Of a stretch of 64,000 nucleotides of DNA, positions 40,112-50,050 are shown piece after piece. The translations under genes were made by a program, and so were the position numbers. Below the pieces are notes generated by a model. It saw only the letters and a program-made list of their open reading frames with translations, had not been told where the DNA came from and searched no databases. Each line of letters opens with the position of its first letter. Positions within the stretch are counted from its first letter, which is position 1. Source of the DNA: an uncultured Flavobacterium sp. (GTDB taxonomy: Bacteria; Bacteroidota; Bacteroidia; Flavobacteriales; Flavobacteriaceae); the NCBI RefSeq assembly GCF_943913405.1, contig NZ_CALTYA010000002.1, positions 43,820 through 107,819 on the forward strand, given 5' to 3'.

Positions 40112-40852
40112 ATGACAAAATTAGCAAACAAGGTAGCTTTAGTTACAGGAGGAAGTCGCGGTATCGGTGCTGCAATTGTAAGAAGATTGGCAAATGACGG
40201 CGCAGATGTGGCTTTCACTTATGCTTCAGACAAAACAAAAGCAGATGAATTGGTCGCAGAAATTAAAAAATTAGGAAGAAACGCAATCGCTTTTCAAGCC
40301 AATAATGCTGATGCAGAAGCTTTGACTTTAGTAGTTGACCAAACCGTTTCAGAATTAGGAAAACTAGACATTTTAGTAAACAACGCCGGAATAGCAATCA
40401 TGGGCGACATCAAAGAATTTTCTTTGGAAGATTTTGACAAAACCTTAGACATAAATGTTAGAGCTGTTTTTGTAGCTATAAAAGCAGCCTCAAAACATTT
40501 AAAATCTGGCGGTAGAATTATCAATATTGGAAGCATCAATGCCGACAGAATTCCGTTTCAAGGCGGTGGTGTTTATGCAATGAGCAAAGCAGCCGTTCAA
40601 GGATTGACAAGAGGTTTGGCTAGAGATTTCGGCCCGTTGGGAATTACGATCAACAACATTCAGCCTGGTCCGGTAAATACTGACATGAATCCGGAAGATG
40701 GCGAATTTGCAACTTATTTAAAAACATTTATGTCTGTTGGAAGATATGGAAAAGGTGAAGAAATTGCCAGCATGACTTCTTATCTTGCTAGTGAGGAAGC
40801 GGCTTTCATCAACGGTTCAAGCATTGATGTTGACGGTGGTTTTGGAAATTAA
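40112..40852 (+). CDS. SDR family oxidoreductase (3-oxoacyl-ACP reductase-like)
   Basis: VTGGSRGIGAAI, NNAG, YAMSKAA. The tracked ORF start at 39983 is an upstream read-through of non-coding DNA; the ATG at 40112 follows the operator region. Confidence 0.75.
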   Translation: MTKLANKVALVTGGSRGIGAAIVRRLANDGADVAFTYASDKTKADELVAEIKKLGRNAIAFQANNADAEALTLVVDQTVSELGKLDILVNNAGIAIMGDIKEFSLEDFDKTLDINVRAVFVAIKAASKHLKSGGRIINIGSINADRIPFQGGGVYAMSKAAVQGLTRGLARDFGPLGITINNIQPGPVNTDMNPEDGEFATYLKTFMSVGRYGKGEEIASMTSYLASEEAAFINGSSIDVDGGFGN

Positions 40853-40908
40853 TTTCTAGAAAATCCTATAAAAATCCCTTCTAAAAACAATTTGGAAGGG
40901 ATTTTTAA

Positions 40909-41742
40909 TTACAGCTTCTTAAACTCGCTCGGATTGATATTTTTTCGCTTTTTAAAGTAATTCGAAAGATGGCTTTCATCAGTAAACCCGAATTCATAGG
41001 CAATTTGCTTGATCGGCATGTGATTATTAGAAATCCTTTTTTCAATTAATTTTAAGCGTAAATTATTGATGTAATCTCTATACGTTATCGAAAAACTTCT
41101 TTTAAAATAAGCGCTGAAATATGTTTGGGCAATATTAAAATGTTCTGAAATGGCTTTGATTTGAACCAATTTCGGATTGTAAATATTTTGGTGGATGTAG
41201 GACGTGATTTGTTCGTGATCGATATAATTTCCGTTCATCTGAAGATTTTGAGAACGCATAGTTTCCTTGATTAACCCAAAAATGGAAAGTATCTGGTAAA
41301 AGACAATCGCAGAAGTTGAAATATCAATTTTGCAATTGTAAGCCGTAATATTTTCTATCGTATTTTTCAAAATCGTGCGGCACGGATCGTCTAATTTCAG
41401 GACGGTTTCCTTCAACAATTTATCACGCATAAAATTCTCTGGCGTATTCAGAAGAAATTCGTCGCACGAAAGCTTTTTATTCGAATTGAAATAATTATCC
41501 GTAAATTTTATAAAAACAAACCGCGTGCTTTTCTTGATATCAAAATAATGCTCGTCATCTGGCGAAAGCACAAACAAATCGCCCGCTTTGTAAGGCAAAA
41601 GATTCTTATTCAAATGATGGACGCCACAGCCTTTTTTGATATAAATAATTTCATAATAGGTATGGCTGTGTTCCGGAAGATGAAATTTTTCTTCCTCAAA
41701 TTCATCAATCACCAGCGTTTCGAATTGCTTTAATTTTTGCAT
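40909..41742 (-). CDS. AraC family transcriptional regulator
   Basis: N-terminal cupin-like region and C-terminal AraC HTH (…IAYEFGFTDESHLSNYFKK…). Confidence 0.7.
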   Translation of the reverse strand: MQKLKQFETLVIDEFEEEKFHLPEHSHTYYEIIYIKKGCGVHHLNKNLLPYKAGDLFVLSPDDEHYFDIKKSTRFVFIKFTDNYFNSNKKLSCDEFLLNTPENFMRDKLLKETVLKLDDPCRTILKNTIENITAYNCKIDISTSAIVFYQILSIFGLIKETMRSQNLQMNGNYIDHEQITSYIHQNIYNPKLVQIKAISEHFNIAQTYFSAYFKRSFSITYRDYINNLRLKLIEKRISNNHMPIKQIAYEFGFTDESHLSNYFKKRKNINPSEFKKL

Positions 41743-41812
41743 AACTTATTATTACAAGTTTATAGCACAAAAGTACAACTTATTTTAATTTTCGTAGAAG
41801 TAAATTTGCACC

Positions 41813-42988
41813 ATGAATACCATCGAAAACAAATCTCTTTCAAAGTCACAAATAACCATTATGGCAATTGCTGCCGGAGTTTGCGTGGCGAATATTTATT
41901 ATAATCAGCCCGTTTTAAAAGACATCGCTAAATCACTAAACACAACTGAAGCTAATGTTGGATTAATTTCAGTGTTAGCTCAAGCAGGTTATGGTTTCGG
42001 ACTGTTTTTCATTACGCCTTTGGGCGATAAATTCAATAGAAAAAAACTGATTTTAGGATTGCAAGGATTATTGATTGTAGCTTTATTAGGAATGGTTTTT
42101 TTCGACAGCAGGATTGGGATTTTCGCCATGAGCTTGATCATCGGAATCTGCAGCGTTGCGGCTCAGGTAATTCTTCCCATGGCGGCAAGTTTAGAGAAAA
42201 ATAATCGCGCAAAAACCATCAGTTTTATCTTTTCAGGAATTTTAATCGGGATTTTAGCCGCACGTGTATTCGCAGGAACTATTGCCGAATGGTTTGGCTG
42301 GCATTACGTTTATGCGATTTCTGCCGTAATGGTTTTCGCAACTGCTTTGATGGTTCATTTTTCGCTTCCAGATGTAAAACAAGAATTTACTGGGAATTAT
42401 CTTTCGCTTTTGCAATCCGCTTTACAGCAGATAAAACGCTTTTCAATCTTGAGAAGAAGCACGCTTTTAGGCGCTTTGATTTTCGGAGCATTTTGTTCTT
42501 TCTGGACGACTTTGACGTTTCATTTAAGCGGTTCTCCTTTTAATTTTGGATCAGATACAATCGGTTTATTCGGAATTTTAGCAATTGCCGGAGCTTTGTT
42601 AGCACCTTATTTCGGAAAAATGGTCGATGGAGGAAACGCCGCAAAATCACAATTATACACCACTGGAATGTTGCTTTTCAGTGTCATTTTATTAAACGTT
42701 TTTCCACATTCGGTTTGGGCGATTATCGTGGCAGTTCTACTTTTAGATGTTGGAGTCCAAGCGACGCAACTTATCAATATTGCCACAATTTACACTCTAG
42801 ACGAAAAAGCAAACAGCCGAATCAACACGATTTACATGACTTCTTATTTTATCGGCGGTGCAGTCGGAACTTTTGTCGGCGTGCAATGCTGGAAATTTGG
42901 TGGCTGGAATTTAGTGACTTGGCAATTAATTCTCTGGAGTGCTTTGGCTTTTGCCGTAGCTTTTTATTCTTACAGAAATAAACCGTAG
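41813..42988 (+). CDS. MFS transporter
   Basis: 12-TM profile. Motif-A-like GDKFNRKK between TM2 and TM3. Confidence 0.75.
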   Translation: MNTIENKSLSKSQITIMAIAAGVCVANIYYNQPVLKDIAKSLNTTEANVGLISVLAQAGYGFGLFFITPLGDKFNRKKLILGLQGLLIVALLGMVFFDSRIGIFAMSLIIGICSVAAQVILPMAASLEKNNRAKTISFIFSGILIGILAARVFAGTIAEWFGWHYVYAISAVMVFATALMVHFSLPDVKQEFTGNYLSLLQSALQQIKRFSILRRSTLLGALIFGAFCSFWTTLTFHLSGSPFNFGSDTIGLFGILAIAGALLAPYFGKMVDGGNAAKSQLYTTGMLLFSVILLNVFPHSVWAIIVAVLLLDVGVQATQLINIATIYTLDEKANSRINTIYMTSYFIGGAVGTFVGVQCWKFGGWNLVTWQLILWSALAFAVAFYSYRNKP

Positions 42989-43057
42989 AATCAAAACCTT
43001 CCAAGAATTTCGATTATCAATTTCCTTTTTACATAATTTCTCTCTTACAAAAAACAC

Positions 43058-44233
43058 ATGAAAAAAAGTCTCATCGCGCTCTCTTTGGGCGGTTTAACTA
43101 TAGGAATTACAGAATTTGTGATGATGGGTTTGTTACCCGACATTGCTTTAGACATGAAAGTTTCGATTCCGGTTGCAGGATATTTGATTTCTGCGTATGC
43201 TTTGGGCGTCGTAATTGGCGCGCCATTATTAGTCATCCTTGGAAGAAACTATCCGCCGAAAAAGATGCTTTTAGTTTTGGCAATTATGCTGACGGTTTTC
43301 AACGCTTTGTCAATTATTGCGCCGAGTTATGAAATATTATTTGCTTCAAGATTACTTTCCGGATTGCCCCATGGAGCCTTTTTTGGAGTCGGAGCTGTTG
43401 TCGCGAGCCGTTTAGCCGACAAAGGAAAAGAAGCGCAGGCGATTTCAATTATGTTTTCAGGATTGACGATTGCTAATCTTGCGGGAGTTCCAATTGGTAC
43501 TTACATTGGGCATCATTATTCTTGGCGCTATACTTTTATAATTATTGCAATTGTCGGTTTTCTGACGTTTGTTTCTCTTTATTTTTGGATGCCCGTTTTG
43601 GAAGCCAGAGCAAAAGAAACCATCAAAAGCCAATTGCAATTTTTCAAGAAAAAAGAAGCTTGGCTGATCATTGCGATTACTTCTTTTGGCTTCGGCGGTT
43701 TGTTTTGTTGGATTAGCTATATCGCTCCTTTATTGACCGATATTTCAAAATTTTCTGCGGAAGATGTTCCTTACATATTAATTTTAGCCGGACTTGGAAT
43801 GGTAGTCGGGAATTTCGCCGGAGGAAAATTAGCCGATAAATTTTCGCCTGCAAAAAGCGTAATCAGCATTCTTTTAATCATGGCTTTGGACTTGATTTCC
43901 GTATATTTTTTCTCATCGACTCAAATTATTTCTTTGATTTTAGTATTCTTGACCGGAGCGATTGCTTTTGCAGCGGTAGCTCCGATTCAAATGCTGATGA
44001 TTCAGACGGCGGTTGGCGCAGAAATGATTGCTTCCGCTGCAATTCAAGCAGCTTTTAATATCGGAAATGCTTTGGGTGCTTTCCTTGGCGGATTGCCTTT
44101 GGTTGCTGGATTCAGTTATGCTTCGCCTAATTTAGTTGGTGTGGGAATGGCACTTTTGGGAGTAATCTTGGTATTTATTTTTATCCAGAACAGAAAGAAT
44201 GTCGTAAAATTGCAGTCTATCCAAACGATATAA
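43058..44233 (+). CDS. MFS transporter
   Basis: 12-TM profile; second MFS gene in tandem. Confidence 0.75.
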   Translation: MKKSLIALSLGGLTIGITEFVMMGLLPDIALDMKVSIPVAGYLISAYALGVVIGAPLLVILGRNYPPKKMLLVLAIMLTVFNALSIIAPSYEILFASRLLSGLPHGAFFGVGAVVASRLADKGKEAQAISIMFSGLTIANLAGVPIGTYIGHHYSWRYTFIIIAIVGFLTFVSLYFWMPVLEARAKETIKSQLQFFKKKEAWLIIAITSFGFGGLFCWISYIAPLLTDISKFSAEDVPYILILAGLGMVVGNFAGGKLADKFSPAKSVISILLIMALDLISVYFFSSTQIISLILVFLTGAIAFAAVAPIQMLMIQTAVGAEMIASAAIQAAFNIGNALGAFLGGLPLVAGFSYASPNLVGVGMALLGVILVFIFIQNRKNVVKLQSIQTI

Positions 44234-44235
44234 AA

Positions 44236-44601
44236 ATGCGCGCATTCAGAATCCAAAATGACACTTTAGGAAAATCTTATTTTGAAGAAGGTGTCTTGCC
44301 AGAACATTTCAATTTAAAAAGCGATCACTTTTTCATCGCCACAGGAATTGAAGATTATCAAAAAAGACAGCATCCGGCTCCGAGATATCAATATGTTGTG
44401 ACTTTGAAAGGAAAATTAGAATTCACGACTTCCGACAAGAAAAGTTTTATTTTGGAACCTGGAATTCTTTTGATTGCAAAAGATACCGAAGGTGAAGGTC
44501 ATTCGTGGAAATTACTCGACGGCGAAGAATGGCACCGAATTTATATCGTTCCAAACCAAGATACGGAAGACGGATTTATTATAAATAAAGACAAAAATTA
44601 A
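44236..44601 (+). CDS. Hypothetical small soluble protein
   Basis: ORF tightly packed between the MFS and SDR genes. No recognisable motif. Confidence 0.4.
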   Translation: MRAFRIQNDTLGKSYFEEGVLPEHFNLKSDHFFIATGIEDYQKRQHPAPRYQYVVTLKGKLEFTTSDKKSFILEPGILLIAKDTEGEGHSWKLLDGEEWHRIYIVPNQDTEDGFIINKDKN

Positions 44602-44612
44602 GTAGAAATAAA

Positions 44613-45329
44613 ATGGAAAATTTAACAGGTAAAAAAGCTTTAATCACTGGCGGAGGCCGTGGTTTGGGAAAAGCAACGGCTTTAGCTTTAGCAGCGGAAG
44701 GCGTTGACATTGCCATAACAGGAAGAAATGAAAGCGTTTTGCAGGCGACTGTAAAAGAAATCGAAGCTTTGGGCGTAAAAGCTTTTTACGCCGTTTTCGA
44801 CGTGGCAAATGCAGAAGACACAAAAGCTGGAATTGCAAAAATCAAGGCTGAATTTGGCGAAGCCGATATTTTAATCAACAACGCTGGAATCGCAGGTTAC
44901 GGAACTTTCCTTGAAATGGATCCGGTGCAATGGCAGGAGATTTTGAACGTGAATGTAATGGGAATTTATAATGTGACTCGCGAAGTTTTGCCAGACATGA
45001 TAGCGAAAAATACGGGAGATATTATTAATATTTCTTCGACCGCAGGAATTAAAGGAAATGCCGGAATGAGTGCTTACAGCGCGTCAAAATTTGCAGTTAT
45101 TGGTTTGACCGAATCGTTAATGTCAGAAGTTAGAAAGCACAATATCAGAGTGACGACATTATTGCCAAGTACGATTGCGACTGACATGACATTGGAATTA
45201 AAGTTCACAGACGGAAATCCGGAAAGAGTTTTACAGCCGGAAGATTTTGCAGAATTGGTTGTGGCGCAATTGAAATTGAACCGCAGGGCTTTTGTGAAAT
45301 TGTCTTCGCTTTGGTCTACAAATCCATAA
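44613..45329 (+). CDS. SDR family oxidoreductase
   Basis: [18 protein letters not shown]. Confidence 0.75.
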   Translation: MENLTGKKALITGGGRGLGKATALALAAEGVDIAITGRNESVLQATVKEIEALGVKAFYAVFDVANAEDTKAGIAKIKAEFGEADILINNAGIAGYGTFLEMDPVQWQEILNVNVMGIYNVTREVLPDMIAKNTGDIINISSTAGIKGNAGMSAYSASKFAVIGLTESLMSEVRKHNIRVTTLLPSTIATDMTLELKFTDGNPERVLQPEDFAELVVAQLKLNRRAFVKLSSLWSTNP

Positions 45330-45414
45330 TTATTTAGATAAAAATTTCAGCCACGAATTGCTCGAATTTTCACGAATTTATTTTTGAAAATTCTGCAATT
45401 TGTGGCTTTTGTAT

Positions 45415-46320
45415 TTAAAATTCTTCTTCAATCAGTTCTTTGTTAACTACAACTCCGGCCATTGTTCCAGTGGAAACGGCTAAAGCCAAAGATCTCATAG
45501 CGCAATTATCTCCGCAGGCGTAAATATTTTTAACTGTAGTTTTTTGGAAAACATCTACTTTCAGCAAACCTTGTTCATTGATTTCACAACCTAAATCTAT
45601 CGGAATTTTGCAATGCTGTTCAAAATCTGGCCTTGCATAAATTGCTTTTACTTTTGCTTTGGAATTGTCTGCAAATTCTAGACTTTCCACTTTTCCATTC
45701 GAATGATTTACTTTTAAAATTTCCTTTTCTATAATTTGGATATTTTTACTGGAAAGTTTTTCGGTTTGTTCATTAGTAAAATTTGATTTTTCATTTGTAA
45801 AAATGGTCAGTTTTTTGGTCCAATTTGAAATTAATCTGGAAAATTCAAATCCGGCTTCGCCGTTAGCGATAATTCCGGTTTCTTCGTTTTTGACTTCATA
45901 ACCGTGGCAATAAGGACAATGCAAAATTGAAATTCCCCAACATTCGGCAAAGCCTTCAATCTTTGGAAAAATATCTTTTAAACCTGTGGCAAAGATTAAT
46001 TTCTTGGCTTTAAAAATTTCGTCGGAATCTGTTTTTACGGCGAAGCCAAAATCTTCCTTAGTTGCTTTAACTGCTAATCCTTTTTGAAATTTTATTGTAT
46101 CATAATGCAAGACTTGCTGTTTTGCAGTTGTAGCGATTTGCTTTGGCGTATTTCCGTCTTGGGTCAAAAAATTATGCGAATGCGGTGTTTGATTATTACA
46201 AGGTTTTCCGCTGTCGATAATCAAAACATTTCTTAATGAGCGTCCTAAAGCCATTGCTGCTGCAAGTCCGGAATAGCTTCCTCCTATTATAATTACGTCG
46301 AAAATAGTTTCTTTATTCAT
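45415..46320 (-). CDS. Thioredoxin-reductase-like pyridine nucleotide-disulfide oxidoreductase
   Basis: FAD motif DVIIIGGSYSGLAAA and redox-active CPYC (…LHCPYCHGYEV…). Confidence 0.7.
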   Translation of the reverse strand: MNKETIFDVIIIGGSYSGLAAAMALGRSLRNVLIIDSGKPCNNQTPHSHNFLTQDGNTPKQIATTAKQQVLHYDTIKFQKGLAVKATKEDFGFAVKTDSDEIFKAKKLIFATGLKDIFPKIEGFAECWGISILHCPYCHGYEVKNEETGIIANGEAGFEFSRLISNWTKKLTIFTNEKSNFTNEQTEKLSSKNIQIIEKEILKVNHSNGKVESLEFADNSKAKVKAIYARPDFEQHCKIPIDLGCEINEQGLLKVDVFQKTTVKNIYACGDNCAMRSLALAVSTGTMAGVVVNKELIEEEF

Positions 46321-46383
46321 AGTTTTTGAGTTAAAATTTATTTATTAAACGCAACATGATTGCAAATATAAAAACTTAATTTA

Positions 46384-46404
46384 AAACGCAACAAAATTGC
46401 GTTT
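46384..46404. promoter_or_regulatory. Perfect 8-bp inverted repeat AAACGCAA-N5-TTGCGTTT in the divergent trxB-like / fur-family promoter region
   Basis: A related GCAA-N5-TTGC lies at ~46352-46364. Both are ~25-75 bp upstream of the Fur-family start. Confidence 0.3.
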
Positions 46405-46426
46405 AATTTTTTATTATCTTTGTAAG

Positions 46427-46816
46427 ATGGAAAATAAAGTTGTTCGAAAAAGAAGTTCGGCGGTAAGAAATCAAATACTTGAAATCTTATCTGAGAGAAA
46501 GGAAGCTTTGTCACCAAAGGATTTTCAAGATATTTTGAAAGGTTCCTGTGACAGAGTTACTGTTTATAGAGCGCTTGACCGTTTGCATGAAGAAGGTAAA
46601 ATTCATAAAATTACTGGAGTTGAAAATGCCATACAATATGCGCTTTGCAATCATTGCATGGACAAACACAAGCACGACCACATCCATTTTAATTGCGTGA
46701 AATGCCAGAAGGTTTCTTGTATTGAAAATAGTGAACCGGCTTTAAATCTTCCGAAAGAATACCAAGTGCAGGAAATTCAGTGTATGGTTACAGGAATTTG
46801 TCCTGATTGCAAATAA
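46427..46816 (+). CDS. Fur family transcriptional regulator (PerR/Zur-like)
   Basis: DNA-binding helix …RVTVYRALDRLHEEGKIHK…, metal sites HCMDKHKHDHIHF and C-x2-C…C-x2-C. Start placed at the internal ATG (MENKVV). Confidence 0.7.
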   Translation: MENKVVRKRSSAVRNQILEILSERKEALSPKDFQDILKGSCDRVTVYRALDRLHEEGKIHKITGVENAIQYALCNHCMDKHKHDHIHFNCVKCQKVSCIENSEPALNLPKEYQVQEIQCMVTGICPDCK

Positions 46817-46958
46817 GCTTAAGAATAATTTGTAAAAATTTACATAATCTAAAAAATTCTTACACTTACCCCATTGAATTAACAAAACTATCTTAATAAA
46901 ATTGTAATAAATTAAAGTCGTATTTTAGAAAAGAGTAAATTTAGTTAAAATTTGAACT

Positions 46959-47915
46959 ATGATTCTCTCTAGAAACCTCAGCTGGAAACACATTATTTAC
47001 TACACCCGCTTTAAATTGCTTTATTTTATAGCGCTATCCATTTCAGTATATGTTATTCACGAGCTTTTTAATATCACAAGCTTAAATATACCTTTCAATG
47101 CAGTTGCAACACTGAGTACCGCTTTGGCGATTTATTTGGGTTTCAAAAACAATAATGCTTATGAACGCTGGTGGGAAGCTCGAAAAATCTGGGGATTAAT
47201 TGTAAATTATAGCCGATCTTGGGCAAGAGAAGTTCTGACAATGATAATTCCGAATGGAGAAAATGAAGCAGAATTTGAACGAATCCAAAACAGATTATTG
47301 TACAGGCATATTGCTTTTGTCAATGCGCTTCGCATTCACTTAAGAGAAAAACATGACTATAACGAGACCAATATCAAGGAAATTATTGAAGTAAGAAATC
47401 GCTATGGAGAAATAAAAAAATTCATCAGCGAGGAAGAATATGCGGAAACCATGTCGAAGAAAAATCCGCCGAATCATCTGATGAAACTGCAAGGCGATGA
47501 TTTGAAAACAGCTTTTGAAAACGGCTGGCTTTCTGACTTTCGGTTCATAAAATTAAGCGAAACCTTGACAGAATTCAACAACCATCAAGGAATGAGCGAG
47601 CGAATCAAAAACACGCCATTGCCTAGACCTTACAGCTTTTTCTCACGAGTTTTCGTAACCATTCACGGCACGTTGATTCCGTTTGCTTTTATCGAAGAAT
47701 TAGGCTGGGCGAATATTCCGCTTTCTATCATCATCAATTTCGTATTTCTGGCTTTGGATTATATTGGTGAAAGAACTGAAGATCCGTTTGAAAATAGAAT
47801 GGATGACACGCCATTAAGCGCTATCAGCATCACTGTGGAAGAAAATGTGAAGGAAATGTATGGTGATATTGACTTGCCTAGAAAACCTAGTACGGAAATG
47901 GGCGTTTTGATGTAA
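46959..47915 (+). CDS. Bestrophin-family (UPF0187/YneE-like) putative anion channel
   Basis: ~300 aa, 4 TM segments, conserved …NNNAYERWWEARKIWG… region typical of bacterial bestrophin homologues. Confidence 0.55.
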   Translation: MILSRNLSWKHIIYYTRFKLLYFIALSISVYVIHELFNITSLNIPFNAVATLSTALAIYLGFKNNNAYERWWEARKIWGLIVNYSRSWAREVLTMIIPNGENEAEFERIQNRLLYRHIAFVNALRIHLREKHDYNETNIKEIIEVRNRYGEIKKFISEEEYAETMSKKNPPNHLMKLQGDDLKTAFENGWLSDFRFIKLSETLTEFNNHQGMSERIKNTPLPRPYSFFSRVFVTIHGTLIPFAFIEELGWANIPLSIIINFVFLALDYIGERTEDPFENRMDDTPLSAISITVEENVKEMYGDIDLPRKPSTEMGVLM

Positions 47916-47951
47916 ACAAACTTTCGCTAATCAAATTTTTAGATATAAAAA

Positions 47952-47980
47952 AAGCCTTTACGAAAAACGTAAAGGCTTTA
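47952..47980 (+). terminator. Rho-independent terminator
   Basis: AAAGCCTTTACG-AAAAA-CGTAAAGGCTTT hairpin. Confidence 0.55.
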
Positions 47981-48188
47981 TCTCTTGTGGTCCCACCTGA
48001 ACCACAACTTAAATATTGCAATAAATTGAAAATCATCAAAAAATACTTTTTAAGCTAATACTGACACAAATTAAAAATTGTTAGAGTAACATATAAGGTC
48101 AAATACGACCATATAGTATCAATAATTTCTGCCGTATATTCTGCCGTAATATTCTTGTGAATGTCATAATTATGATTATTTTTGTAAC

Positions 48189-49640
48189 ATGAAAAAGCCA
48201 GTAGTTAATTACGTTTTAGAATCAAAAAGCAAATCAGTTCAAGACAGGAACTTAGAAGAACTCATTACTGCCAGAATTAGTGGAGGATGGTATAAACTCT
48301 TCAATGGCAAAAAAAAATACCTAACCTTCAAGGTTAGCTTGCAGTGCAGAATAAAACCTAATAGTTTTGGTAAAGCTGAAAATCTTTACAAGTTTAATGA
48401 AGCAGTATTTCAAAATTACAGCAAAAGTAATTCTGGAATAAAAAATAAAATGAGACACTTAGAAAAGCAGATTGATAAGGTTTACTCACATTTTATGCTA
48501 AATGAACAAAATCCTTCGAAGGATGAGTTTCAGAAAGAGCTTTCTATCCAACTTAACAAAATCGAGCGGTTGATTAAAGAAAACATTACAATACATCAGT
48601 ATCTTGAAAAAATGATTTCTAATTTTGAGAGCCTTATCGGAAGCGCGAAAAGAAATGAATTATCTATTGGAAGAATAAGAACCTTTAAAACTTTACTGTA
48701 CTACATTGAAAAATATGAAAGCTATTTCCAAACTAAACTATTTTTTGAGACACTAACTGAAAAAACTTATTGGGAATTCTGGGATTTCCAAGATGACATT
48801 CTGAGCGGAGTAAAAACAATAAAAAATCCATCTGAAAAAAGAAAACAGCAAATTAAAAAAAATGGATTTTCTATCAACGGTATTAACAAATACCAAAAAG
48901 CCTTAATTTTAACATGTAAAAATGCTAAGGCGGACCTAATTGATGTGGCCCTCAATTTACTCGACAAAAATCTCATACTGCCAGTTACCACGACTGCAAA
49001 AGACATTTATATTGACGAGGAAAACCTAAAAAAAATCATTAACTACAAATCTCTAGATGCATCAATTGAAAACGCACGAGAATATGTCATTATAGCCTCG
49101 CTGACAGGAATGAGGTACGAAAGTATGGTCGATGCTCATAAAGAAAAAATCGAGCTTTATAACGACGGAAAACGCGAATTTTACTATATTCATAGCGACC
49201 AAGGAAAAACAGAAACCGAGTGCATAATTCCACTTTTAAGCAATGTTTTAAAAGTCACATCGGGCCATGAAAATCGTTTTCCAATTTTTCCTGACAATGG
49301 CACTTTGAATTCAAAACTTAAGTTACTATTCTTAGAAGCAAACATTTTGACAAATTCAACACTGACAAACCACACCTACAGACGTGGCGTAATTAAGGAA
49401 TACAAGCAGGTTAGCGAAATTGTTTCTAGCCATGATATGAGAAAAAGTTTTTACTCAAATTTAAGCAACTATGGTCTTTCGCAAGCAACTATTGAATATG
49501 TAACTCATCCAAATAAGATTGCCACTTCAATGTCGTCCTATTACGACAAAAGAGGATTGATGGAAAAAGCTATTTTATTTCACGATGAATTAAGAGAAAA
49601 GGTCAGTAGCAAATCTCTTCTTTACTCTTATGAAAACTAA
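48189..49640 (+). CDS. Tyrosine-type site-specific integrase
   Basis: Box I …ASLTGMRYESM…, HxxR (SSHDMRKSF), downstream His (YVTHPN) and Tyr (SSYYDKRG) in the C-terminal catalytic domain. Lies adjacent to the left attachment-site repeat. Confidence 0.6.
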   Translation: MKKPVVNYVLESKSKSVQDRNLEELITARISGGWYKLFNGKKKYLTFKVSLQCRIKPNSFGKAENLYKFNEAVFQNYSKSNSGIKNKMRHLEKQIDKVYSHFMLNEQNPSKDEFQKELSIQLNKIERLIKENITIHQYLEKMISNFESLIGSAKRNELSIGRIRTFKTLLYYIEKYESYFQTKLFFETLTEKTYWEFWDFQDDILSGVKTIKNPSEKRKQQIKKNGFSINGINKYQKALILTCKNAKADLIDVALNLLDKNLILPVTTTAKDIYIDEENLKKIINYKSLDASIENAREYVIIASLTGMRYESMVDAHKEKIELYNDGKREFYYIHSDQGKTETECIIPLLSNVLKVTSGHENRFPIFPDNGTLNSKLKLLFLEANILTNSTLTNHTYRRGVIKEYKQVSEIVSSHDMRKSFYSNLSNYGLSQATIEYVTHPNKIATSMSSYYDKRGLMEKAILFHDELREKVSSKSLLYSYEN

Positions 49641-50050
49641 TTTCGCAACTTTCTTGCGAATAGTCGAACCACGCAGAAACTTAATACTATTAATCCAATA
49701 ATCACCCGAAAAATTGCTGCAACGAAGAAAAATGTCGTAGGCAAATTACTTGGCACAGATGACCTTCTACTGTAAGCCTCTGCGCTAGCTAGGATTTTAC
49801 CTACAACCAAATCATAATTCAGTGGGTAGAATTCGAGTTATCTGTTTTAAGTTTTAATTCGTTTGACATACAAGTTTTTTTCATATAAAATTACATAAAT
49901 TTCCAAAAAAAACTCTCGAAACCCTGTAAATCCAGGGATTTATTAAATTATTGAATATTCTAAGAGTTGTCTATCTTTGTGCAAAGCACAAAACATAATT
50001 GTTATGCTGATTAAATTGTCCGGGCTCTAAAATATAATACTACCAATAAA

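Noticed and set aside
48177-48184. TATTTTTG -7-like motif just before the integrase ATG
   Set aside because: It lies only 5 bp from the start codon, too close to serve as its promoter unless the transcript is leaderless. Probably a chance match in AT-rich DNA.
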